Of a stretch of DNA of 64,000 nucleotides, positions 26,691 through 39,947 are shown in pieces (the stretch's first letter is position 1; the number at the start of each line of letters is the position of its first letter). The notes under the pieces were generated by a model. That model was not told the DNA's origin. It made no database searches and saw only the letters and a program-made list of their open reading frames with translations. Source of the stretch: Octopus sinensis (lineage: Eukaryota); the NCBI RefSeq assembly GCF_006345805.1, contig NC_042997.1, positions 145,762,001 to 145,826,000 on the forward strand, given 5' to 3'. Made by a program: the position numbers and the translations under genes.

Positions 26691-28058
26691 GATTGAGCAG
26701 GTCTGAAATAAATTCTATGCTTTTTAGATCGGTTTCAATCAATAGCTTCATTCCGACCTATGTTTCTTTTGCAGCTTAGGATTGTAATATGTTCGTTTTA
26801 ATTGATATCGATCAAACCAGCCGCTACTCACCGGAAGACATCTGTTTCTTGTAGCATGTAAATCACCACATTTTTATCACTTTCCCATCGAGGTAGATCT
26901 GCATGAGAACCAGTTCATTATTCTTTAGGGATGTACAGTATGTTTTCTTGCCTTCTTGGTTGAAAATTTCACCTCTACCGTGCTGTACTTTATTTCTGGT
27001 AGGTTTTGTACCACAAATTGTTTACGAAACCCCTCAGGCTGGGGTTATGTCGCTTGCTTTACTTTTCTGGCTATAGAAAAGTGGGTTTGAATACGGAACT
27101 CGTGGTTGCGAAGCGAGCTTCTTAACTATTCAGCCATACTATTTTTGCATTATAATAATATATATATATATATATAGGTTTTAAATTTTAGCGCAGGACT
27201 AGCAATTTCGGAGGAACGGTAAGTCAGTTACATAACTGTCTGTCTGTCTGTCTGTATGCATGTATGTATGTACGTGTGTGTTTGTATATATGTATGTATA
27301 TAGAACATTCTTGATAATATTTTATTAAAAATCTTTCGATGCATTCAGCTTAGATTTTGATTTTTTAATTAACTTTTCTAAAATTTGAAAATGTTCCTGT
27401 TTTACATATTTTGTTTTAATTTCTTGCATCTGCTTATGTGAGTATAATTAATTAGTCATTGTGTGTTTATTTATCTGAAGGCTTGATATCTGTGTCCTAA
27501 ACATTGATAACGAAACAACAAACACTAAAACATAAACAACGTTGAAATATCGTTGAAAAAAGGGGAAAAATTTTGAAATATTGTTGGTGCACACTAAAGA
27601 AGCAAATATAAAGATAACGAATGTGCAGCTGTTATTAACATGATCTGCAATCAGTATAATATATGTTTTTGTGAGATATAATCAGTAAGTCCCGAATATA
27701 TCCGGAAAGCATTTAACAGCAACAGCTGTGAAGTGAAGTTCAACCACCCAGAAACGTATCTGCTTCATAGTCACATTTTAAATACCAGTACTCAAGAAAT
27801 CTGAAACTTAACCCGAGACTCAGATTTTACTGATTTGCTATTATCAAGCTAGAATATGTTTTAAGGATATCCGTAAGATTAATTTCGCTGGATTTAGAAA
27901 ACCCGATCGTTAAGGTCATTGATGTCTAAAGCGGAAGTCACCTTTATTTGTATATAGGTTATATTTATTTATTTCAGTTTTGTGAAAAACTGTCTGAAAG
28001 CTTTGAAAACGACTTTGTTACGGTAAAAAAAATTTTAAGGAAGGAATCTAAGAGGAAC

Positions 28059-28184
28059 AGGCGCAGGCGTAGCTGTGTGATAAGAAGCTTGCTTTCGAAC
28101 CACATGATTCAGAGTTCAGTCCCACTGCGTGGCACCTCGGGCAAAATGTCTTCTACTATAGCCTCGGGCCGACCAAAGCTGAGA
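28059..28184 (+). mobile_element. 5' half of family A SINE
   Basis: ggcgcaggcgtagctgtgtgataag...cacctcgggcaaaatgtcttctactatagcctcgggccgacc. Confidence 0.75.
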
Positions 28185-28570
28185 AATAGTGGATCGACCA
28201 TAAAAGATTCCCTAATCTTCCAGCCACACACCCTGCTGAGTAAAGTTATTCCAAAGATCCTCCAGAGAAACCTCATTTCAATCGCTTGATATGCGATCGT
28301 ATTCTTTCGGTCATTACTCAATGTTTATAACCATAGGCAAAGAAAGGCATGAACACCGTACTACAGATAGCACGTTTGGTCAATTTTACCAATCGCTTCT
28401 CTCCTGAAGATCAAATGCGGAAGTTGGCACATTACCGTGGCAACACCTGCAATTCTAGCATCCAATTCTGCCTCCTGCTTCCCATCACTCGTGAATACAG
28501 TCTTGAGATACGTGAACTTCACTTGCCTCAGCAATGTTCCGCTAACATGCATGAGTGGTGCGCTGGGAAG
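28185..28570 (-). pseudogene. RTE-clade LINE ORF2 C-terminal remnant
   Basis: QVKFTYLKTVFTSDGKQEAELDARI and QAIEMRFLWRIFGITLL match RTE RT-thumb motifs. Confidence 0.7.
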
Positions 28571-28702
28571 ACTTTATTGAGATAACCAATGTTTCAGTCA
28601 TCACAACACTAATTCTCATTCCTGCCTGGCTGCACTCTACATTCAGTACATATCAGAGATCACCATCTGATACACCAAATAGCATCATATCATCTAATAT
28701 TA

Positions 28703-29177
28703 GCCGACCCGTTCTACACCCACAGATTACGATACCACTTCCACAACGGCTGCGTATTTTGATAATTTTTATTTGATATCTTAATGGAAATATTGGACTC
28801 CATGGCAAAACGTATTTATAAAGTCAAATTCATAAAAGCAAAGTTATTATTTGTCATACATTTTAGTCCTTTTTCTGATCTTCTCTAAATTAAACAACCT
28901 AACAAATGCTATCTCACCTGTGTGTGGGCGATAATTCTAGATGTTTTCATGATTTATTTTCTGTTAAATTATATCTCTTTCCAAATATTGTGTTATATTT
29001 AAATTTTTTTCTTTGTAATTGTATGGCTTGTATGGCTTTATAAATTTTTAATTTGTACCATCTTTCACTCTATTCCTATTCATTACATGGCTTGCCCCTC
29101 TCACCCCACACATATTTCCTTGGTTCAACGCAAACTCTATTTTATGGTGTTTTTTTCGGTTAATAAACAATATATTA
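28703..29177 (+). repeat. Unit AB of an old tandem duplication (A 28703-28774, B 28781-29177)
   Basis: A recurs at 29961-30033 and B at 31244-31660, visibly diverged. Confidence 0.85.
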
Positions 29178-29187
29178 TTATTATTTG

Positions 29188-29958
29188 CGGCGAGCTGGCA
29201 TAAGCGTTAGCACGCCGGGCGAAATGTGTAGCCGTATTTCGTCTGCCGTTACGTTCTGAGTTCAAATTCCGCCGAGGTCGACTTTGCCTTTCATCCTTTC
29301 GGGGTCGATAAATTAAGTACCAGTTACGCACGGGGGTCGAGGTAATCGACTTAATCCGTTTGTCTGTCCTTGTTTGTCCCCTCTGTGTTTAGCTCCTTGT
29401 GGGTAGTAAAGAAATAGGTATTTCGTCTGCCGTTACATTCTAAGTTCAAATTCCGCCGAGGTCGTCTTCGCCTTTCATCCTTTCGGGTCGATAAATTAAG
29501 TACCAGTTACGCACTGGGGTCGATGTAATCGACTAAACCCGTTTGCCTGTCCTTGTTTGTCTCCCTTTATGTTTAGCCCTTTGTGGATAGTAAAGAAATA
29601 GGTATTCCGTCTGTCTTTATGCTCTAAGTTCAAATCCCCCGAGCTCGATTTTTCCTTTCAGCCTTTCGGGGTCGATGAATTAAGTACCAGTTGCATACTG
29701 GGGTCGATCTAATCAACTGGCCCCTTCCTCAAAAGTTCGGGCCTTGTGCCTAGAATAGAAAAGATTATCAGTTGCGGCAAGCTGGTAGAATCGTTAGCAC
29801 GCCGGGTACGTTCTCAGTTCAAATCCCGCCTAGGTCGACTTTGCCTTTCATCCTTTCGGGGTCGATAAATTAAGTACTAGTTGCATACCGGGGTCGATCT
29901 AATCGACTGGCCCCCTTCCAAAACAGTTCGGCCTTGTGCTTAGAGTAGAAAAGAATAT
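29188..29958 (+). mobile_element. Four family B (Nin-type) SINE units head-to-tail, two of them headless
   Basis: Core ttcatcctttcggggtcgataaattaagtacc four times; two different 3' tails. Confidence 0.85.
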
Positions 29959-30231
29959 AAGTCGATCCGTTCTACACCCACAGATTGTGATACCACTTCC
30001 ACAACGACTGCGTATTTCGATAACTTTTATTTTATACTAGACTTACTACCCAGCCTTGCCCAGTAAAGTATTGACGGAATTCTTTGCCAGTTTGTAGAAT
30101 GGGAATTCACGGTACGTATGCACGTATAACCTAACTTCTGACTTATTTAATTGGAACTTTCCAAACAATAGTGATCAATTTACATAAGTAGAAGCCTTTT
30201 CTTAACAATTTTTATTTTGAAATCACCTGTA

Positions 30232-30546
30232 TTAAAGTGAAAGTGCAAGGTGTACGAACGTGTATATGAAATGGACGTGTGTGTGTGAGAGAGAAAGAGA
30301 GAGTGTCTCTTACACATACATGAGAACACACGTTCACTCACTCACACACACACACACACACACACAAACGCACATGCACACGTGCATTAAAAAAAGATGC
30401 ACGCTTATGTATTGATGTATGTACGTATACATGAGTACACATCCCTTCACTCGCTCTCTTTTCTCTCTCTCTTCCTCTCTCTCTCTCTTTCATACACACA
30501 CGTCCATTTCATATACACTTCCACTTTCTCTTCTCTTTCACTTTAA
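30232..30546. repeat. Fold-back/MITE-like element with microsatellite-containing arms
   Basis: Perfect IRs 30260-30284/30494-30518 (25 bp) and 30232-30243/30535-30546 (12 bp). Confidence 0.7.
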
Positions 30547-30775
30547 AACAAAAGTAAATAAATTAAACATTTTTTACGGAAATTAACGAACATCGAATGA
30601 TGAGATCACATTCAGTTAAAAATATTTCTAAATGATTAAAATATTGTGTACGTCAAAAAGTCAACGGGTATTTTTCTTCTTAGAGAGCGCGAAGACTGTG
30701 TGTGTATATGTTACAGATAGCGAACGTGTGTTTGTATTGATAAACACGGTTAATATGTATGTATATATTTCTTTA

Positions 30776-30998
30776 TTGCTGACAAGGGGCTAAACACAGA
30801 GGGGACAAGCAAAGACAGACAGACGGATTAAGTCGATTACATCGACCCCAGTGCGTAACTGGTACTTTATTTATCGACCCCGAAAGGATGAAAGGCAAAG
30901 TTGACCTTGGCGGAATTTGAACTCAGAACCTAACGGCAGGCGAAATACGGCTACGCATTTCGCCCGGCGTGGTAACGATTCTGCCAGCTCGACGCCTT
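30776..30998 (-). mobile_element. Family B SINE (tail type A)
   Basis: Reverse complement of the 29188-29418 unit. Confidence 0.85.
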
Positions 30999-31243
30999 AT
31001 ATAATATGTATATATATTCTGCATGTGTGTTGATGTTATGGAAACCATGTTTTTTTCATCAAGAAATAACAAAAGTTATATTCAATCGCTTAAATAGAGG
31101 TCCATATGTCACAAAATCTTGTATTTCCCTGCCGAAGATAAGTATGAAAATAAATATGTAAACAAAATTAAAATAGAATAAACTACTTCTGACATATGTC
31201 AGGTACACACAAACATCCATAGAGTTTTAGTATTATCAATATA

Positions 31244-31660
31244 TTAATGGAAGTATTGGTATCCATGGCAAAACGTGTTTATAAAGTGAAAATCATAAAT
31301 GCAAAGATATTATTTATCATACATTTTAGTCCTTTTTCTGATGTTCTCTAAATTAAACAACCTAACAAATGCTATCTCATCTGTGTGTGGGCGATAACTC
31401 TATGTTTTCATGTTTCATTTTCTGTTAGATTATCTCTTTTCAATTATTGTGTCATATTTAAATTTTTTTTCTTTGTAATTGCTTGTATGGCTTTATAAAT
31501 TTTTTATTTGTACCATTTTTAATTGTTTAACGTCTTTCATCCTATTCCTATTCATTACATGACTTGCCCCTCTCACCCCACAGATATTTGTAAAGCCCTC
31601 CTTGGTTCAACCTACACTCGATTTTATGGTGTTTTTTTGCAGTTAATAAACAATATATTA
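31244..31660 (+). repeat. Second copy (B') of 28781-29177
   Basis: Colinear diverged direct repeat. Confidence 0.85.
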
Positions 31661-32663
31661 AAGACACTGATATATATGTCAACAAGAAGATTTAGCTATG
31701 AGTTCACAATTACCTCCGATAATACCCAATATATACATGGAATACTTTGAGAATTTGGCTTTAGGATCAACACCACTAAAACCAACCCTATGGCTGCGAT
31801 ATGTTGATGACACCTTTATTTTCTGACGCCAGAAGGAAGATGTCTATGTGCTGTTAGATCATGTGAACTCAATAAAGCCATCCATACGGTTCACAATGGA
31901 AAAGGAAAAAGACGATCAGTTAGCATTCCTGGACGTATTAATAACACGCACTATGTATGGATTCAGGACATCCGTATACCGCAAGTCAACCTTCACTGGA
32001 CGATACCTCAGTGCCCAGTGCCTAAAACATCGTACAAAGAATATAAGTAGCAATCGTGATACCCACTACGAAGAAATGATCAAGCTCAGTAACAATCTAT
32101 TAGGCAGTAACTACCCCAAAAACATACTATCTACTCCAATTATGAAGAAAAGAGAGGATGCAACCAATAAACTGTCTACAGTCTGTCTATCCTATGCGAA
32201 AGGCCTCTCCGAAAAGATACAAAAGATATGCGACCCATATGACATCAGGACAGTATTCAAGAGTAATACAACACTTTGCAAATATCTCCTTCGGGTAAAA
32301 CCACCAATAGAAGAGAATATGACCAAAAACTGCGTGTACTCCATCCCATGCAGCTATGGTAAGTTATACAAAGGCGAAACATGCCTCCTCCTTAAAATAA
32401 GGGTAGAGGATCACCGCAAAGCAGAGACACAAGGAGATATTGATGAATCGGGTATAGCTGATCATGTATGGAAAAATGGAGACCAACTCCCCCTGTGGGA
32501 TGAAGTTAAAATAATAGACAGAGAACACCACTGTAAAATACGAAAACTAAAAGAAGCAGCACATATGCTTGGACACAAAAACCTCCTAAGCAGACCGAGT
32601 GCAGATATAAATAGCATATGGGAACCGATATTAAAGAAGGATAGGAAAATATTAGATTTATAA
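31661..32663 (+). pseudogene. 5'-truncated Penelope-like element ORF: RT C-terminus plus GIY-YIG endonuclease
   Basis: One frame: QEDLAMSSQLPPIIPNIYME, WLRYVDDTF (31800), TGA at 31824, FTMEKE..QLAFLDV, VYRKSTFTGRYL, CVYSIPCSYGKLYKGET, RKLKEA; stop at 32663. Confidence 0.9.
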
Positions 32664-32683
32664 GCCCTAAAATTCACTCCATA

Positions 32684-32945
32684 ATTGCCCTCGTGCATAT
32701 GGCGTAGTGGTTAAGAGCGCGGGTTACTAACCCCAAGATTCCAGGCAGTGACCTGAATAATAATAATAATAATATAATAATAATAATAATAATAACAACG
32801 ACAATGAAAAATACCTTAGGAATGAGAACTCAGGTTCGAAATTTCCCCCAAGACACATGATGAAGGCTGGAGGGTGTATCAGCCGAAACATTGTGTTAAC
32901 AAGATGAGGACAAATATCCGTCAACTGTAAATAATATAAATAATG
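32684..32945 (+). mobile_element. tRNA-like head, (AAT)n and hammerhead-like motif directly downstream of the Penelope ORF
   Basis: A-box-like TGGCGTAGTGG (~32700), gggttactaaccc arm, then gacac-ATGATGA-a-ggctg(gagggtgtat)cagcc-GAAACATT-gtgtt at 32852-32897. Confidence 0.65.
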
Positions 32946-33899
32946 TAAAATTTGTTCGAAACTATTTGTAGAGGCAGAAAATTTGAAAGTAAGAAAGTTG
33001 TGAAGGATGAACAGAAACAACAAACACAATAGAATAACACCACCATAAGCAATTACAGTAACAACAACAACAAAAAGTAAATGAGGCATAAGTGCAACAA
33101 TTGCCTCATAGCATAAGAAACATCACCATCACTATCACTACCACCATCTCAGTAGTGATAACAGTAATAACATTACGATCCCGTGAGAGATTAAAGAGGT
33201 GACTGACCTTAGCAAGATTTGAACTGAGAAAGTGAAGAACCTGTCAAAAACTCCGAATGCATATTGTCTGATGCTTTATCGATTCCACCAAGCTATAATC
33301 CTAACACCGCTTCTAACATAGCCAGAGCTTTGGGAGAGGAGGTTACTCGATTAAATCGATCCTTGTAATTCATTGGTACTTCATTCCGCAAGAACAAAGG
33401 ACGGATTTTACCAAGGCGGGTCTGAGCCTAGAATGTAACGAGATAGATCAATTGTCATAAGTCAGTCCTTTCTTTTTTCTAACGCTCTAACGATTCTGCG
33501 AATTCATCACCCAATATTCACACAAAAGTCCAAGGCAGTGGGTATAACTGATTCAATTTTATTACACTTGGCGGAGAAATAACAGGTAAAGTCGACCTAG
33601 ATGGAAGCTGAACTCATCCATTGAATTCATCCGCTTCAAATTAAGCTATTCACCAACTCACCACAATCGCTCCCAAATACCATGTTTTTCAGCATACAAG
33701 TTGATCTAGTATATAATGTAAACATGCAGTGTAAACATTCAAACAATGTCTCTATCTTTCTAAATTATGCTGCATTTCATATGAAACTGTTGGTCCTCTA
33801 GCATCGTCTTGGCTTATAAGTCGACTTACTTTTATTAGATGTAAATTTTGGTCCAAAAAATTCTACTTCTGCGCCGAAAATGGCGGCATTGGTTGGTTG

Positions 33900-34095
33900 C
33901 CAGCAGGTTGGCGGGAAGGATTCTAAGTCGATTGCATCGACCCCAGTGTTCAACTGGTACTTATTTTATCAACCCCGAAAGGATGAAAGGCAAAGTCGAC
34001 CTAAGCGAAATTTGAACTCAGAAAGTGGAGACGGATGAAATACTGCAGAGCAGTTTGCTCGGTGTGCTAATGATTCCACCAGCTCCCCACCTATG
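33900..34095 (-). mobile_element. Family B SINE (further decayed copies at ~33200-33500)
   Basis: ccccgaaaggatgaaaggcaaagtcgacc core. Confidence 0.75.
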
Positions 34096-34908
34096 ACAGA
34101 ATAGTTAGCAAAACGGGTAAAAGGCTTGGAGTACTTGATATTTTTGTTGTTTTTGAGTCATGACCGATCAGATTAAAGATCAAAAGTGCTCTAACTATAA
34201 TTACCCACTCATTTATCTAGATATGTCAGAACTAGGAATACACAATCCAGAGTGCCCTTCCTCTTTTTTATATATTAAGTTTGACTTGTATTACATTTTA
34301 CTGTTATTTCTAGCCGTTCAACATATCAAATAACAATTCCCTCTTAAGATCAATATATTGTAAGGAAGCCCTACGACATACACTGGCAGGATGCATATTT
34401 GATTTATTATCAGAATTCTTCCTTCGTATTTTATGTAGCAACGGCAGTTTTATGCTTCCTTCCATCGCTATTGAGAACATGCCCTATTTTAACTTTCGTT
34501 AAATTATAGATGAGGCTGAGATCATATTTTAAACAGTGGTTGTTTAATATCGGAATATCTATAAATGAACGAAAATTATATATTCATATATATAATATAT
34601 AAACATGTATATATATATATATATGATATATGTATATATGAATATATATGTAATATACATATATATGATATATATACATATATATATGCATATAACACAC
34701 ACACACACATACACGCATACACACACACACACACTTATATATATATATATGTATACATACGTACATATATATATGTATATATATGAAAGTTCTTTCATAG
34801 GTTTATATAGATATATATATATACATACATATATTCATAGATTTATATATAGATATGTATACATACATTCATATATATATATATATGTGTGTGCGTGTGT
34901 GTGTGTGT

Positions 34909-34947
<39 letters not shown>

Positions 34948-35674
34948 TGTGGCAATAATAAATTTCTGATGGAGATGTAAATAGTAGCAGCTCGGAATCG
35001 TGAAGTACATTTTCCACCAAAGTGTGGCGGAGACATAGTGAATGATGATACTGTTGTTTATAGTTCAAGGAAGACATCTGCTTTCCTGGGGCTATAAACA
35101 ACAGTAGCATCGTCCATTATGTGTCCGCAACATTTAGCTGTATATATATATACACACACACGCAAATACATACATACATTCATATATACACACACATATA
35201 TATATATATAAAGCACATGTATATACATATATATATGTTTAGATTTACATACATATGCACATTCATATATGTGTATGTCTTTATATGCATGTATGTATGT
35301 AGTAGCTTCATGCAACCATAGCGTGGATTCGATCCTTGACTACCGAATATTACTTAACACTTCGACAGCGCTTTTCTCACGATAAAACAGTTTTTTCTGT
35401 AAATGACAGCAGTTAAACATTTCCCAGATGCCTTCGCTAAGCAGAATAATGTCTTTGCCTCTCGCCAACCTCCGACAACCTCTCTCCCCAACCTCCGACA
35501 ATCTTTCTCGCCAACCTCCAACAATTTCTCCTTCCTCCAGCTTAGAGTTTTTTGTAATTTTTCTTGACGGAAAATACCCCTTTTGTGGAAGTTATAACGG
35601 AATTGCTTTCTTATATCAGAGTAATGAGGCGTTTCAATAGAACATCTTTACTCCCGAGAATTACCGGAAGCATA

Positions 35675-35724
<50 letters not shown>

Positions 35725-35726
<2 letters not shown>

Positions 35727-35962
35727 CTTATAAATAAGCGCAAACGAAAAAATTTCTAATGCCAAATATGCCGAAATTAGACACCATGTTCATAACCATA
35801 TAATTTTTCGCAATACGCACGCTACTCAAAAAAAAAGTCGACTCAAAAAAAGGTTTTTTGAGTAGCGTGCGTATTGTGAAAAGTTATATGGTTATGGACA
35901 ATGTGTCTAATTTCGGCATATTTGGCACTAGAAATTTTATCGTTTGCCCTTATTTATAAATT
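35725..35962. mobile_element. Fold-back MITE-like element, ~108-bp arms, ~20-nt loop
   Basis: Arms 35725-35833 and 35854-35962; follows (TA)n. Confidence 0.8.
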
Positions 35963-36688
35963 TAACCTTCAAAGGTATCTCTTATGATAAAAGGCAGATT
36001 TTCTCTGCCTCCCACATAGTTTGTTTTTTTATACAATTGTACAATATAGAATTTCTTCAATTGGAATTTACCTATGATTTTTCGAAGTAGATTCGATTGG
36101 GTCATGGCATATAAAGTTTTTTCAATTTGACCCGCAATTAAGCAAAAATTCGTGAAAACTAAATATTTTACGATTTGCCTCTCTAATTTCAACTGCTTCA
36201 CTCTTTCTTTTTGCAAGTGTAACTATTTGCCTCTCTAATTTCAACTGCGTCACTCCTTCTATTACCACCCTTTCTCCTACTTTCTATTTGCAAGTGTACC
36301 TTCAACCACTACTCAAAGAAAATACACAGGAGACAGAAACAAATAAATACATAACGATTTACTCCTCACACAATTTCTTCAATTGGAATTTACCTATGAT
36401 TTTTCGAAGTACATTCCATTCTATATTCTATAAATTAAAATTGGTTTTTAATTTACTTTCTGTCGCTAAGTTTTGGTAGTATTAATTTGCCAGCGTACTT
36501 CAGTTCTCAATTGTTGAAAGAAAGAAATTGTAAGCTAAGAAGGTGTGTGTGTGTGTGTGTGTGTGAGTGTGTGTGTGTGTGTAGGAAGTGAAGGATAAAA
36601 ATATGGCAAGAAGTGGACACATGTACATATATACATACATGTGTGTGTGTGTGTGTGTATGTATGTGTATTAGTGTGTGTGTGTGTTA

Positions 36689-37079
36689 TCTCTCTCTATA
36701 TAAAGCTGAAGTTGTCTGTGTGCGCCAGGTTTGGTAACCTTCAACTAACACTATCTTCTCCGAGACCCTGCGGCGTAAGTTGACCAAAATTGAGAGTATG
36801 ATAGTAGAAGGGTTGCTCTTCCTTCCGTAGAAGATAAAATTCAAATCGGACCATGTTAACACCAAAAATTATTTACATCAAAAAGGTGCTTTTTTCTATG
36901 AAAATCCCTATTTTTTACGATTTTTTTCACTGCTGTATTTCAACCAGGAAAGTGTTCACTTGAAGAGAATAACAAGCTACATAATGCAATACATAATGCA
37001 TAATATGCATAATACTTTTCAAAAATTCCAATTCCAGCGGGTCGAAACAAACTCGATCAACGCCGGGCGATACTGCTAG
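36689..37079 (+). mobile_element. Non-autonomous Helitron (391 bp)
   Basis: A|TCTCTCTCTATATAAA start, caacgccgggcgatactgCTAG|T end. Confidence 0.85.
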
Positions 37080-37143
37080 TTTTTTTTTTAATATGTTGGC
37101 CATTGATAAAACTATTTTTCGAAAACATTTTATCCTACATTAA

Positions 37144-37201
<58 letters not shown>

Positions 37202-37348
37202 TAGTTGAATGAATTATCTTATTATGGATAATTCGGTTAACCGATACCTGGGTAGCAAATTCACGTCAGAAAAACACGGTTGAAGCTACATGCCAAGGGC
37301 AGAGATCACGTGCTTTCGAGTGGAAATTTGTGTGTTTTTTTAATACAA

Positions 37349-37785
<437 letters not shown>

Positions 37786-37859
37786 GAACGTCACCAACGG
37801 TAACCAACATGAAATACAAAAACGAATGAGTTCCATACGCAAAGAACGAAATAAACAAA

Positions 37860-38075
37860 TGGAAAACAGGACAAATAATGCATAGAACGACCCTTCATCA
37901 GTTGTCGGCTGTCTATCTACTCTTTATTTCGAGCATTGAACGTCACTATGAATCTTGGAAGACAGTTGCTCCCATAAGTACCAAAATAAAAGTTTTAGAT
38001 TTATGGAGGGTCAAAGTTGGAAACAAAAACAGGATAGCGGAGACATATAAGGAGACCGAACGAAAACAAACATGA
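37860..38075 (-). mobile_element. Dispersed repeat of unknown class; second copy at 56331-56550 (+)
   Basis: Shared ccaactttgaccctcc..aaatct..aa...gcaactgtctt..caaga...aatgctcgaaat...caact.atgaaggg. Confidence 0.65.
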
Positions 38076-38488
38076 AAGTTTCGTTAGACCACAACGCGGT
38101 TAAATAGCGAACGCTGGAGAAATATTTTGTTTAAAAAGAGAAAAGATAGAAGAGAGAGAGAGATAGAATACGTTCAGTCCTTAAGACATTCTTGAAGAAA
38201 GGGAACGATGATCACGTGAAGAAAATAAAGATAGACAATGGTTACGTGTGAGCCACGAGAGAGAGAGTGAGAGAGAAAGAGGGAGGAGAGAGATACAGTT
38301 AGAAAACAGTGAAGGGGAGAAAAAGGGAATTAGAGAAATGGTTGGGGGACGCTATTCTGTTTTCTCCCCCATTTTTTTTCCTTTATATTGTTTTCTCCCC
38401 CATGCTTTTCACCTTCGCCGTTTTATATATATCTATATATATAATATAAGTAATAAATATTTTAGAAATAGATGTCAAATACTGTTTC

Positions 38489-38544
38489 CAACCGATGATC
38501 GCAAAGCATGTTTATCATGCAGAGCATGAAATCAATTGATATTG
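38489..38544 (+). ncRNA. Decayed hammerhead-like motif (CCGATGA core)
   Basis: caa-CCGATGA-tcgcaaagcatgtttatcatgcagagcat-GAAATCAATTGATA-ttg; 10-bp palindromic stem III. Confidence 0.45.
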
Positions 38545-38802
38545 AGATATGTGTTACTTGCCTTTGTATTCCATTGAGAGGTAAGCCTATTTTTTAAAAT
38601 GTTCATTGCATTGGTCGTGTGTAGATTTACCGTAAAATTTATGGTGGTTTTTTGAAGCTGTTGCTTTGATTTTTAGCAAGGGGTATTTTTACCCTTCTCT
38701 TCTTCAATTATTTTGTATAGTACCTGTATAGGTAGAAATTTTCCTAGCCACCTCATTATTACTGTATATAATGGTAACAATACTTCTATCTAAATTGATA
38801 TT

Positions 38803-38858
<56 letters not shown>

Positions 38859-39290
38859 TATATTAGATTCATATATAATTATATATATATTATTTATATT
38901 ATATTACTTATATTATATATATTATTTATATTATATACATTATTTATATCATATTTATATACATACATTATGTATGTATGTATGTATGTATGTATGTATA
39001 CCGAGGTTTCTAGAAAGAATATACAAAGAGTGCTTTAAGAATTTCCATTATATTCTTTCGGCAGCAGTTATTCATTATCAGTATTGGTCGAAAGAAGATT
39101 GATCAGTTAGAAGAGAAAATGAAACTAATAATTTAGTTAATTTGGGATTTCTAACCTTGCTGAACTGAAAATTATCGATCTCTCTTTACATGAAACAACA
39201 GTGCAAGAATGCATTCCAATTGAAAAATAATTATAATCAACTAAAATTAATGTTTTCTTTATATCTTTTGCTCTCTCTCTCTCTCTGTCG

Positions 39291-39342
<52 letters not shown>

Positions 39343-39737
39343 TCTCTCTCTCCGTTACCATAGATTTTTCAATTTTTTTTTATTTTCGTCCGCCACCGCA
39401 GAATGTCGTATAAAATATCAAATATGTTTTGTGGTAATTATGAAGCAGAAAAGACTATGGGAAGCCGGAAATATGCTGATTCGACTCTGTATCTTTTATC
39501 TGTTTCACTCACTTGACTTGGTTTCATGCAGGGGTACCGACTGGAAGAGTTTAGTCGAACGAATCGATACGAGCTTTTTATGGCCGAACTGCTAAGTTGC
39601 GGGGATGCAAACAAACCATCGATTGTTACACGGTAATGGTGAACAATCACGAAGACACATGCGCGCGCGCACACACACACGTACGCACACCCACACACAC
39701 ACACACACATACACACACACACACACACACTGAAATA

Positions 39738-39947
39738 CGAGGCGGTGCTGAGAGATTCCTGGCTTTGGGCAAAAGAAAATACAGGAGAATCAGTTAATTA
39801 TGATTTTATTCAACATATTACCCTTTCAGGTCCACACACTTATTACATTGGTACTTCAAATTTTCTTAGCCCTGTAATAGGACTCGGAAGGTCGGGTCTT
39901 CAACCAGGCTCTTCGCGACACCCTTAAAGCCAGGAACTTCGCGTGTG
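39738..39947. mobile_element. Mariner-derived MITE, right TIR damaged
   Basis: TA|cgaggcggtgctgagagattcctggcttt ... aaagccaggaactt...gtg|TA. Confidence 0.65.

Noticed and set aside
37885-37935. Possible type II hammerhead (GAAA before CTGATGA) in the 37860/56331 repeat
   Set aside because: No credible stem I or stem III, and the second copy has CTAATGA
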